From positions 42,780,001 through 42,844,000 of the forward strand of contig NW_025963779.1 in the NCBI RefSeq assembly GCF_023055435.1: 64,000 bases of DNA. The letters are read 5' to 3'. The notes under the pieces were generated by a model. The model was not told the origin of the DNA. It did no database searches and was given only the letters and a program-made list of their open reading frames with translations. The position numbers and the translations under genes were made by a program. Source of the DNA: Haliotis rufescens. Taxonomy: Eukaryota. How positions within the stretch are numbered: the stretch's first letter is position 1; each line of letters opens with the position of its first letter. Positions 25,946 through 37,238 of the stretch are shown piece by piece.

Positions 25946-28900
25946 TTGTTTAATATAAACTGCAAATAGATTTATTATATATACACATCTAGCTTGGCAT
26001 GTACAATTCATTTGTTATGTTACAGCCCCCGGACGGTGTAACTTTCGATAGGTATTTATTACCTGAAAGAATTCAAAAAGAAGAATTAGATCTCGGACAA
26101 CTTCTGTTTATTCAAAACAATAATGGCGTCACATGTGAGGTGACGTCACATGTGAAATGACGTCATATTACCCATACGACTATCAATAGACAATGAAGAT
26201 ACAGAAGCATCTGTTGATTCTTTTCAGATATTATTAAAATGAATTCGATGAATTTTGATTTGAAATACACCAAAACATTTTAACACAATACAGCATTTGG
26301 GTCTTTTTAACTAAAAGCTAATACAAAATCCTACATCATGACAAAAGTTTGTCATAAAACAACATTCACACACTCTTAAAGCTAGTTGACACAGGATCTT
26401 AAGCCTCCCTAATATACTACTAAGTGTTGAATACAAATGCTATAATGCTTACACAAGTGCATACTGTTTCTGAATGACAAGGGTGATCAGTCCTTTAAAA
26501 CAAAATGAGTCTTTACAATACTCTCACACAGCATGTTCATAACACAACTGTTCATTGAACAGTAGATACACATATATAATGTCACATAAGCCAAATCACA
26601 TACAGGTCTCAAAGAACACCTTCAACCACTCACTGCTACATGTACATTCAATATAGACAATAGTGTCAAACTTTCGCTTTTACAAAATCATTGCATTCAT
26701 ACCATGAATGGAGCAGTTAACAATATATACAATATACAAATAGCTTGAGCAACATTTCAGTGTACAATAACATACAATCTCAACACATTCTCACCAGAGG
26801 AGGGGGAGATATGGGAATACTGGAATGAACACGATATTTTGATGGAGGCCAGAGTAGACAACAGGTTGATATCTGACAGTCTAATATCTGATAGATTGCA
26901 CTTGTGGATTCACAGTCATGGACGACATCAGTGGGTTAGCCACATACTCGGACATGTCGCCAAGCGTGTCATACGTCAATCTCAATGGTGGATTCCTCTG
27001 TCTCGCTAGCGTCGAGCGCCATCTTCAGGTTCACTCTTTAAGACACCATACTCACCATGATCTGTAGAATCACTCCCATCAGATTCCTCTTGCCTATCAT
27101 TGTCACTGTTTCCATCATTTTCTCCCTCGAGTCATTCAGTATATCAGGCAATGTCTCTGGCACAGGAGGAGCATAGTATTGTTGGGTTCGGTCACTCTCA
27201 CAAATCTGAAATCATCATCACTCTCAGAGTCCTCTGATTCAGGTTCATCCTGATTCTCTCTCACTTGATGTCTTCTTCTTGGAGCTCTTGGTAAGTGTAC
27301 TCCTGGAGCTTCAAGTAGAAGATAATCTCATGACAAAAGCAGGTTGCGGTGTAGTGTTCTGAGCTGCATCTGTTTACCTTCTGGTCTCACAACATACACA
27401 GGACTATTCTCTCCTTTGCATTCTACGACGACATGTATGGTGTCCTCCCAGTGCCATCTTAGCTTGTCAGGACCACCTCAATCCTTGAAATACTTCACTA
27501 ACACTCGGTCACCAGGCTGCAATACAGTGTACCTTGCTCTCGCATTATACCAGTTTCTTGATTTCTCAGCCAACAACTGCATTTTCTCTGAGACAATGTT
27601 GTAAGCTTCCTGCATTGTTTTCTTCCAGTCTTCTACAAACTGTCTATAGTTCCTGTCATCTTGTGCATCAGGCAGTCCAAAGATAATGTCGATTGGAAGT
27701 CTAGGTGATGTACCAAAGAGCAGTTGAAAGGGCAAATAACCTGTTACTGCATGCTTCATACAATTGCAGGCGAATACAACTTTGCTGACATAGTCCTTCC
27801 AATTCTGTTTCTGTTCTGCTGTAAGTGACTTCAACATCCCTAGGAGGGTACGATTGAAGTGCTCTGTTTGCCCGTTTCCTTGAGGATGGTAAGGAGTTGT
27901 GCGTGATCTGGCTATGGAACTTTACTGAGTCAGATGACGAAACAAGTGGTTCTCAAACTTACGGAATGGGTCATGATGGATCCTTGTTGGGAAGCCGAAG
28001 CAAGGGATAAAGTCGTTAAACAGCTTGTCAGCTGCAGTTCGTCCAGATTTGTTGGTAGTAGGGTACGCCTGAGCAAACCGTGTGAAGTGGTCTTTAATAA
28101 CCAATATGTACTCATATCCACCTTTGCAGTACAGTGTACCTTGCTCTCACATTATACCAGTTTCTTGATTTCGCAGCTGACAACTGCATTTTCTCTGAGA
28201 CAATGTTGTTGTTTCCTTGAGGATGGTAAGGAGTTGTGCGTGATCTGGCTATGGAACTGTACTGAGTCAGACGATGAAACAAGTGGTTCTCTGTTTCTCC
28301 TTTGCTCTGTTCAAGATGTAGAAAGTCAAGTGACACAAGTTCAAAGGGTGCGGATGTTACCATACTCTGACCTGGAGCTCTTGTTATCTTTATTGGAGTT
28401 TTCTTCTTTAGACACTGACACTTGGTTGTGATGAAGTCTTCAATCTGGTCTCTAATGTGTGGCCAGTAGAACCTGTCACTAGCCAGAGCAACACATCGAT
28501 GTACTCCTCAGTGACCCATTTCTTCATGTAACTCATGATACACAGTCCCTCTGAGCTCCATAGGGACTACAAGTTGTCGTCTCACTACATTACCTTGTAA
28601 TGTTGTTACTCTCCATAGTATTCCATCTCTATCTAATTTCAGATTGTGCCATTCTCGCATGAGAGCATGTGTCTCAGGTCTGTCTTCTCGTCAATCTCTC
28701 TCAGTTGGTTTCCTCTTCCATCCAAGGTATTCTATGACTCTGAGGATATCTTGGTCCTGTCTCTGACTTTTCTTGATATCGCAGGTTGAAAACAGTTGTT
28801 TTCCTTCAATCTTGAGTGGGTTATCTGGGACAGCTTCAACACTGGTACTCATAGCAGTTATCCAAGCACAGCTGGCATTCATGTTTACCTCAGTTGCTTG

Positions 28901-30720
28901 TTGAACAGCGCTCATGATATCAGATGAACACTTCTCGGAATACTCACTCTTGGCCTCAGTTACATCTCAAGCGAAATCTAGACAGGGTATCAGCATCTAT
29001 GTTTGCTTTACCTTGGCGATACCATAGGGTGAAGTGGAAATCTGACAGAACATATACCCATCTATGTCGAGCTACATCCAACATAGGTGAGAAGGTTATT
29101 GTCACTGAAAACGATGAAAGATGGCGCATAGTAGAGGTAATCTCTCAATCTCTCAGTAACAGACCAGTACAAGGCGAGTAGTTCTAGTTTTCCAGAGTGG
29201 AGACGATAGTTCTGTTCACTTAGGGTCAATGTTCTTGAGCCAAACGACACTACTTTCAACTGTTTTCCTGGCTCTTGATACAGTACAGCCCCTAATCCAT
29301 CCTGAGATGCATCGATATGGAGTATGAATGGCCCTCGAAGTCTGGGTAGGACATCATCCTTTCAGACTCTGTTAACATGTCGATAAGGCTATCAAGTATC
29401 GTCTGATGTTCTTGATGGTAGTTGTCCACTAGCATTCTTGTTCTTCTTTGGACGGCCCTTGATCTTTTCTGGCTTTTTGGAGGACTTGAGAAGGTTATAC
29501 AATGGCTTAGCTTTCCTGGAGAAGTCTGGCAAGAATCTTCTGTAATAACTGATAAAACCAAGCAGTTTTCTCAGATCACCAACAGTTCTTGGGGTCTTGG
29601 TTTTTAGTGCATGTACCGCTTCTGTGTCAGCTGGGTCCATACGACATCCATCTTCTGAGACCAACACACCCAAGTACCTGACTTCTTGTCTGAACATCTC
29701 GCACTTCTTTGGTTTTAACTTTATACCTTTAGACCTAAATCTCTAAAGTACTTTCCTTACATTTTCTACATGTTTCTCAAAGGTTTTACGATAGCACATG
29801 ATGTTGTCAAGATACGGAATGCAGATTTCTTCTCTCAGTCCAGCAAGACACTCATCCATGAACCGTTGAAATGCAGCAGGTGCGTTGGTTAATCGTTAAT
29901 CGTGTTACAAATGCAGTTAGGTGTCTACACTCTGGTTTTACGAACCCCTGGTGATAAGCTTTACCTTGGTCAAGAACGCTGAACCATGAACTTCCTGCAA
30001 AACTCTCCAGGGCGTCTTTTATACGAGGTAACACGTCCTATCAGGAATAGACTTACTATTTAACTGTCTGTAATCTATACATAGCCTCAGACTAGAATCT
30101 TTCTTGCGTACGCAGACGACGGGTGATGAATATGATGTTGACTTGCTTATCCATCGCTTGTCGAGGAGACCTTGAAGATAGTCTTGATACAATGGTCTTG
30201 GTACAGATATCTAGGTTTTCTGGACTGGTTCATGATCATGTTGTTTGATATCCATCTCTAGGTCAGGAGCACAACCATAGTCATCATCATCTCTTGAGAA
30301 ACTCTCACACTCCTCTCGCAACATCTGTCTGGCTACCTGTTCTTGCTCTGGAGTAAGGCCTTGCAGTTTTACATCAGGGTCAAAGGATGTGGAATTACAA
30401 TTGACTGAACTCACATTCACACAGACTTAATTTGCTCTAAAGAACCTATCACAGTCTTGGGCTGCAAATAAAGGTTATGATGAGTACAATTTTCAACATA
30501 AACAACTACTTTGTCAGACTTAGGACTAAGCTTAACTAAAGACACAGTGAAAGTTAATCCATGGGACCAAGGCCCCTCAACATTAGGTTTAAATAGTGCA
30601 TGATTATCAGTCTCTAAGGTACCGCTCTTTACTGTGCACTTCAGAGGTGTTATTTTACCACTCGGACAGTTTATCTTTCGCTTACAGGTCTTCAACCACC
30701 ACAGTGGTTCTGATACACAG

Positions 30721-31003
30721 GGGGAGCATGGGTGGCCCAGTTGTCTCAGGCGCCACAATTCGCTATGCAGAGTTGCGTCCCTTGGGCACGCCAGAAACCT
30801 ATGATTGTGGGTTCGAATCCCGGTTCGGCCCAATTATGTTTCTAGGTTTGTCAGCACCATACCCGTGCTCGTGGGTTTCACCGAAGTGATAAACGTCTGA
30901 GACCTGCATCACTTCGGGCTTTCCTCCCACATTAAGCTGACACGCCGTGATATAACTGGAATACTGTTAAAAGTGGCGTTAAACACAACTCACTCACTCA
31001 CTC
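30721..31003 (+). mobile_element. tRNA-derived SINE nested in gypsy-2
   Basis: A box TGGCCCAGTTG at 30733, B box GGTTCGAATCC at 30810, (ACTC)n tail, degenerate TSD TCTGATACACAG / TCTGATTCACGG. Confidence 0.88.
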
Positions 31004-32190
31004 TGATTCACGGTCACCAGCGAATCTCACAAGAGATCTAAGTTCCTTCACAGGTACACTAGGAAGAGCTATCTTTAACACTGAGATCACATCAGGGTTA
31101 ACAGTTCTTGTCTCTGACTGGACACTCTTCACACTAGTCTTGTCTTGAGAACAGTCTTGATCCTGATAGTACAATTTGATGAATTGTTCGATCACATTAT
31201 AACCGATGATGGGTTGATCTTGGCGAATGTCGCAAGCATGGGAACTGTCACATAAATTTCAGAATCTACAAATTTAGTGGTACCTTCTACCCATCCTGAG
31301 AAGGGGATATCTGATCCATTGGCTGCTTTCACTGTCAGTGAATGATCCAAGACTTCATTGAGTTCTCTAACTTCTAAATGAGGCAAGTGTTCTTCTAACC
31401 ATTTAGCAGGTAACAAGCTTAATTGAGCACAAGTGTCCAATAAGGCAATAGTATAAACTTTGTCAATTTTGACAAGACACTCATTACCAATCAACTTTGT
31501 CACAGTCCTTTTCTGTCGAGGTGAGGAAGAAACATTGTTGTATACTTTGGCACAAAAAGTTGATGAAGGGGAAGCTTCTTTGTGGTTCACATCTTGTCCC
31601 CTTGTCTGTGAGGATGTGAACTCTTCCGGTTTCCCTGATTGTCTTTCTTACACCCTGCCATAAAGTGTTCTACACTACCACAGGCGAAACAGTGACTGCA
31701 ACTACTCAACTTCTTCTCCTGACACTGGCTACAGAGTCCCTTCTGCCTTGTTGAACTGATCTTTCAGTGTTCAACTGCATCGATCGTATTGTCGCTTTCA
31801 GAGAAGAAAGTTCTTCCTCCGTCTTGCTATACTTATCTTCACTTCTGGATGTCACCTTCACTGAGGAGTTTGTCTTTTACTTGGTCTTTCTTTCCATTTC
31901 TGTGGCATGATGTCTGTTCACCTCATTGTTAATGTCTACCGGTATGTCTTGCACTTCCTTGGTCTCAAGCATGGGTCTGATTGCTGCTGCAATGTTCTCA
32001 CTCCTAAGACCTCAAACTCCTCCCTGGAAAGCTGGGTGGGCTGGCTTCCTCTGTTCTTCGGAGTCTGACAGTGGATGACTTGTGCCCTCTTCCCGCCGAG
32101 CCATACTGGTGTCCATTTGGGTTTACAACATATGCTCCAGTGTTTTGACTGGCCAAATCTTCGTCCGTCTTCATCTCAGCATGGGAAGTT

Positions 32191-32210
32191 AAATCCCGGA
32201 CGAGCCCCCA
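32191..32210 (-). promoter_or_regulatory. Primer-binding site, tRNA-Pro (gypsy-2)
   Basis: Plus strand AAATCCCGGACGAGCCCCCA equals the tRNA-Pro 3' end including CCA, 3 nt from the LTR. Confidence 0.92.
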
Positions 32211-32843
32211 GAATGTTACACCCCCTGGACGGTGTAACTTTCGATGGGTATTTTTTACCTGAAAGAATTCAAAAAGAATTAGATCTTGGACAACTTCTGT
32301 TTATTCAAAACAGTAATGGCGTCACATGTGAAATGATGTCACATGTGAGATGACATCATATTACCAGTACGACTATCAATAGACAATGAAGGTACAAAAA
32401 GTAGAAAAAATATTACATTTACTTTAAAACAATTAACAGAAATAGTTGGATACCTTGTCGTTAGTTTCCCAGGCATTATGCTTGGGCCACATTGCTACCA
32501 TCAATTGGACAATACAAATCACAAGATATGCAGGTGTCAAAGCGCAGCTATGATTATGTCATAGCATTGCAGGACAGTGACAAGTGTGACTTGATTTGGT
32601 GTATAAATCACATTCACTCTCATGTCAGATGCATCGAAATAGGAGTGGGAGCAGCATACAATGGTGCCAGTCTGCGGTAGGCCGATGTTCAAAAGACAAG
32701 GAAGTGCTTGACATCAATCATCTTGAACTTTTAATAGTTTCCTTCACCCTACAAACCTACTCTTGAAACATCTCACCAAAGATAACAATATAATGATAAA
32801 TATATATAACTCATTATATTGTTATCTTTGTACATTCATCCCA

Positions 32844-32845
<2 letters not shown>

Positions 32846-32893
<48 letters not shown>
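32846..32893. repeat. (TA)n microsatellite
   Basis: Direct reading. Confidence 0.98.
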
Positions 32894-32894
<1 letters not shown>

Positions 32895-33075
32895 TCACAT
32901 GCAAAAGAAACGCAAGTTGAGTATGCAGTATACATGTTATTAATTTTCAACAGTAAAGACAAGAAATACTAATAGGGCAAGATTGACAAAATTTTGACTG
33001 AAGACAGTTTAATGGATTAAAAGGCAGATGACATAATTGTTTTTTTCAAATGTTAAGGGCTTACACAGTTTCGGG

Positions 33076-34093
33076 TCAATACCTGGTGTGACCAACATTA
33101 GCCTTGATCACTGCCACATATCTCCTGTACATTGAGTGGATCAGATGATTTGTGAAGGCCCTAGGGATCCTCCTGCACACATCCAGAGCAGCTGTGTGTA
33201 GTTCATCGGCAGTTGTAGGGACTGGGCGCACATTGTGAGGCGTCTTTGAACCTCATCCCACAAGTGTTCGATGGGGTTCAGATCAGGGCTGAGGGCTGCT
33301 CACAGTAGAACACGGATGTTGTGTTGTTGCAGAAAGGCCATGGTAGCTCTGGCAACATGGGGACGAGCGTTGTCCTGCTGAAAAATGTGTTGTTGATGTT
33401 GTGCAAAAAATGGAACAACGTGGGGTCTGATCTCTGAGCAGTGACGCCGTGTCCCCGACCTTGACCAACATTCAGAAAACACATGGGTCCAAGTCTCGCA
33501 TTAAGTCCAATCCCTGCCCATATCATGACGCTAGGTCCACCCCATTGATCCCTTTCCACAACGTTTCTGTCAGCGAAACGATAACCTCGACAACGCCAAA
33601 TTCTGACTCTTCTGTCTGCATGGGAGACACAAAAGCGACTTTCATCAGAGAAGATGACACACCTCCACTCACGATGACGCCAATTGTGATGACCCTGTGC
33701 CCACTGAGGTCGTGCTTGTCGATGCCGTGGTTGGAGAAAAGGATGACGTGGTCGGCAACATCTGAGGTTGTTGGAACGGAGACGTCGGATCACAGTGTCC
33801 CGGCTAATGTGTCGATTATGTGTTCCTATGGTCTGTTGAGCACTTTCACTTGCAGTTAGGAACGGATGTCGCTGGTATTGACGGGTAATCTGCTGATTTT
33901 GTCAAGGTGTGGTGACCCTAGGACGACCGCTCTGAGGAAGGTCATCTGTGGTCTGTGTAGCATTGTATCGATGCAGGAGACGGTAAATTGTGGTTATGTT
34001 AACGTTGAAATGACGGGCAACATCTTGGACAGACTCTCCAGCTTCCAAACTTCCGATAGCCTGGTTTCTCTGAATTTGAGTTAGGCGTGGCAT
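33076..34093 (-). pseudogene. Second Tc1 transposase, decayed
   Basis: MPRLTQIQRNQAIG..., GRPRVTT, FSDESRF, QQDNARPH, SPDLNPIEHLW and terminal GHTRY, spread over several frames. Confidence 0.9.
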
Positions 34094-36338
34094 TGTTGAC
34101 CAAGGAGTGGTAGGTCCAAGAATCGGCCACAGTTTTATACCCCTTACAGTTCTTGACAGTTCGTGCATTTTCGATTTCGCGAGAAATGGGTGCATGATAC
34201 CCACATATTCATTGAATTGGTGCCTTTTGGCGATTCGTTTTTTATGTTGTGTTTTTACTCTGGGCTTCCAAAATGCAGCCAAAAATATTGATAACACCAT
34301 CAGACTTGACTACATGCTAAAAACACCAATATCTGGACTCTGTTTTATATATATAGTCCAGATATTCGTGCTTGTCAAAAACGCGTTCAACGGCTCTTCA
34401 GGTGTAATGAAATCTTCAACTTACATTGTAGTCCTAGGCGTCGTAAAACAGTAGTATTTGTGGCGTCATAATGCATATGATGTAGTGACAATAGAGGGAG
34501 AAGTAAAACGTAGTCCTAGGCGACAGCCAACGTTATGCTTTTGACGTCATAAAGCATATGACGTCATAGCTAGTGATAATAGTGGGAGGCATGAATACAT
34601 TATGGTGTGAGTGCACAAATACAAATTGAGCTACATGGGAAAGTTTTGAAAATTATACTTTTGAATTAACTGTTTGTCAATATTAAACAATTTATAAAAG
34701 TAAAGAAAGTAAAATGACCACTCCTGCATTCATCAGTTTGTTTGCTTACATTTATACAACGTACATTTGGATCTCGAATTTGTTGTCTGTGTACAGTGAT
34801 TAGGTCTTTTAGTTGCACACCAGTTTCTCATATATAATGCTCACCACATCCCGCACTTGTTGAAACATATATAACATCTTACTGAAATTTGCAGTCTTCA
34901 ATTATTATTGGGCAAGTTTGAAAACAACAACTGTGACGAAACCAAGGAAATCCTAGAAGAAATCAGTGAGAAGTTGGAAACAACCAAGAACACGTTACAA
35001 GAAATTCTAACAGAAATCAGGAAGTCTAATGTGGCGAAAAATGCTGCCGGGAAAGACATTCAGTAGAACGGGACCAAAGATGAAGTATTCAAGGAAGAAC
35101 AATTTTTCAAGGTATATGAAACCTTAACTGAAAAACTGACATTAATATGTTCTAAAAGTGAACACAGTCCCATTTCATCTATGTCAGTTTATCATGAGGC
35201 ATATTTGAGAAAAAATTGCATGTATTCAGAATGGCAAAGTCGACTAAGTGAAAGAAGAGTCGCATTCTATAATGCTTACAGCACCAGACGCAAGAGATTC
35301 CAAACGGAAGTCAAACTATTGGAGAAAAGACTGCCGAGATACGAATTAAAAATTTGAAACATGGATAACAGCATGGAATTTGTATTTCAGGAGGACACTT
35401 CACCTCAGGTTCAGGACTTTCTTTTAAAATTGTGGAAAGAAGATACTGATAAGGAAGAGATGAAGTCCGTAGAAATATGGAGTAGGAAGGAGACATGGTT
35501 CCAGGCATATGCGGACAACTACTGCAGAGGCAAGAAATGTATGAAGGAAAAAAGAAGCAGCAATACCCGCCCTAAATTTACAAGGAGCATCATCCAAACT
35601 GCAGCACACAACCCTGGCCAGAGTTACGCAAGTGTGGTTAACAGTGATACATGCAGCAACAATTCCGCCAAGATAGGTCAGGACAAAATTACCAACAAAA
35701 CACTCTTGAGGATCACATGGATTTAAACCCAAAGAGGCAACCACGTGGACAATACGTGGAGGATCGATACAAGGTACTGTAAAACGTGAAATTAATGCAT
35801 CTCAAAAAGAATGCAACCGCTGGCCCCTAGCCAAAAATGCAACTCAATATGAATGCGACACCCCCTCCTCTCAAGCATCAGTGGATTTATATCTAAACAA
35901 AATGTCCTCTGTCAGGTTTACAGGAGAATCCTCACCTTAATCCAACCTTACATTAATCCAATCACACATCAAATAGCACCGCTTATTAGCGCTGAGTAGA
36001 GTACTTCAGCTAAAACAATACGTGAGCGCTGGCTCGTGTCGGCCTTTGATACAGTCGCAAAGAGCAAAGACACTGTGTTGGGTGGCGTCTGTCTGGACTT
36101 GCAGGTGTGATCAGTGATGACATAAGTGAGTAGAACGCTGGTCTTGACCCCAGCAGTGACAATTCACAGAATGTAATTAGTGTTTGAATGACATTGTTTA
36201 TATTCTTGTAACAAGTGCTGCTCAATACACATTGATGTGGAATACATAGTTGTTTGTTTTCAGCGTATGTCTAAGTTGGTATTTCTGCTATCCAAAATGT
36301 CTTATTGTTGATATAAATGCGATGTTTAATAATGCAAG

Positions 36339-37175
36339 TGTAGCCGGGCGTGGTGTCATGTGTCCAGCCACTGGGCTGCTAGTCAAAACATGAGGCAGTT
36401 CTTGAAGATGATGATGATTTTTATTCTTTTGTAGTAGATGGTGGGAGGGAAGCTGTAAACAAGAGTCCTCCCTCCATAAAGAGTTCATGCAGAATATGTT
36501 ATAATTTAATTTAAGCCAAAAGGAAACAGATTAATTTATAGGGATATGTTGGGGAGCACATGGTTGAAGACCATGTGCTCAATTAATGTAACACAAAAGG
36601 TGTGAGCTGGCAAATATTTAGATATAACAAATTAAATAATAATGCAATTAAATATATTTTACTTTAATGAAAAGCTGTGATACCCTTTCTATGAATATAA
36701 TTGTTTCTAAAGCAGGATGGAAAGAGATAAGAATATTGAAATGTTTCTCACCTGTAAACAAGAGTCCTCCCTCCATAAAGAGTTCATGCAGAATGCATGA
36801 GGAGGGCAGGTGAGAAAGGAAGTTTAAAGAAGTGGACCAAAGGGCCAATCAGAAGAAAGGTAGCATCTGACAGATATTAAAGGAAGTCAAGATGCTTCAG
36901 TCACATAAAGTGGTGGACATATCTAAAAATAGATAGGGGGAAGTCCAGGTGAAGCTGGAGAAATTACAGAGGCTGCAAAAGGGTATCAGGTTGGTGTTAG
37001 TTGGCTGACATTCAACTGCAGACAAGGACAACATATAATGAACAAAGAATGAAGTGATGGTGATAATAGATGAACATGTATATATATATGTATAGAACGA
37101 ATCTAAGGGGGTTATAAGTGGGTGGTACTTATGTGGCTATAACTCATTCAGAGTTAGCACCACCACCCGGCTACA
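36339..37175 (-). repeat. gypsy-3 3' LTR
   Basis: Direct repeat of 44404-45239; about 3 substitutions and 1 indel seen by eye. Confidence 0.97.
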
Positions 37176-37238
37176 TACACCCCCACTTTGGGAAATGGCG
37201 ACCTCGCCATTAAATAGTGGCAATGTATAATTACATCC

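Larger units (their letters stand above)
26018..32396 (-). mobile_element. Ty3/gypsy LTR retrotransposon (gypsy-2), decayed, gag largely deleted
   Basis: About 185-bp direct repeats at 26018-26203 and 32214-32396; CFACGSVEHFMAGC knuckle; LLDTCAQ protease; RT LDQGKAYHQ; RNase H KLELLAL; integrase DHFTRFAQ and TTPYHPQGN. No TSD or PPT found. Confidence 0.9.

Noticed and set aside
30721-30832. Functional tRNA gene (also 14850-14926)
   Set aside because: Followed by SINE body, (ACTC)n tail and TSD; no canonical cloverleaf
36648-36848. Identical 66-aa ORFs here and at 44713-44913
   Set aside because: Chance ORF duplicated because it lies in the two LTRs
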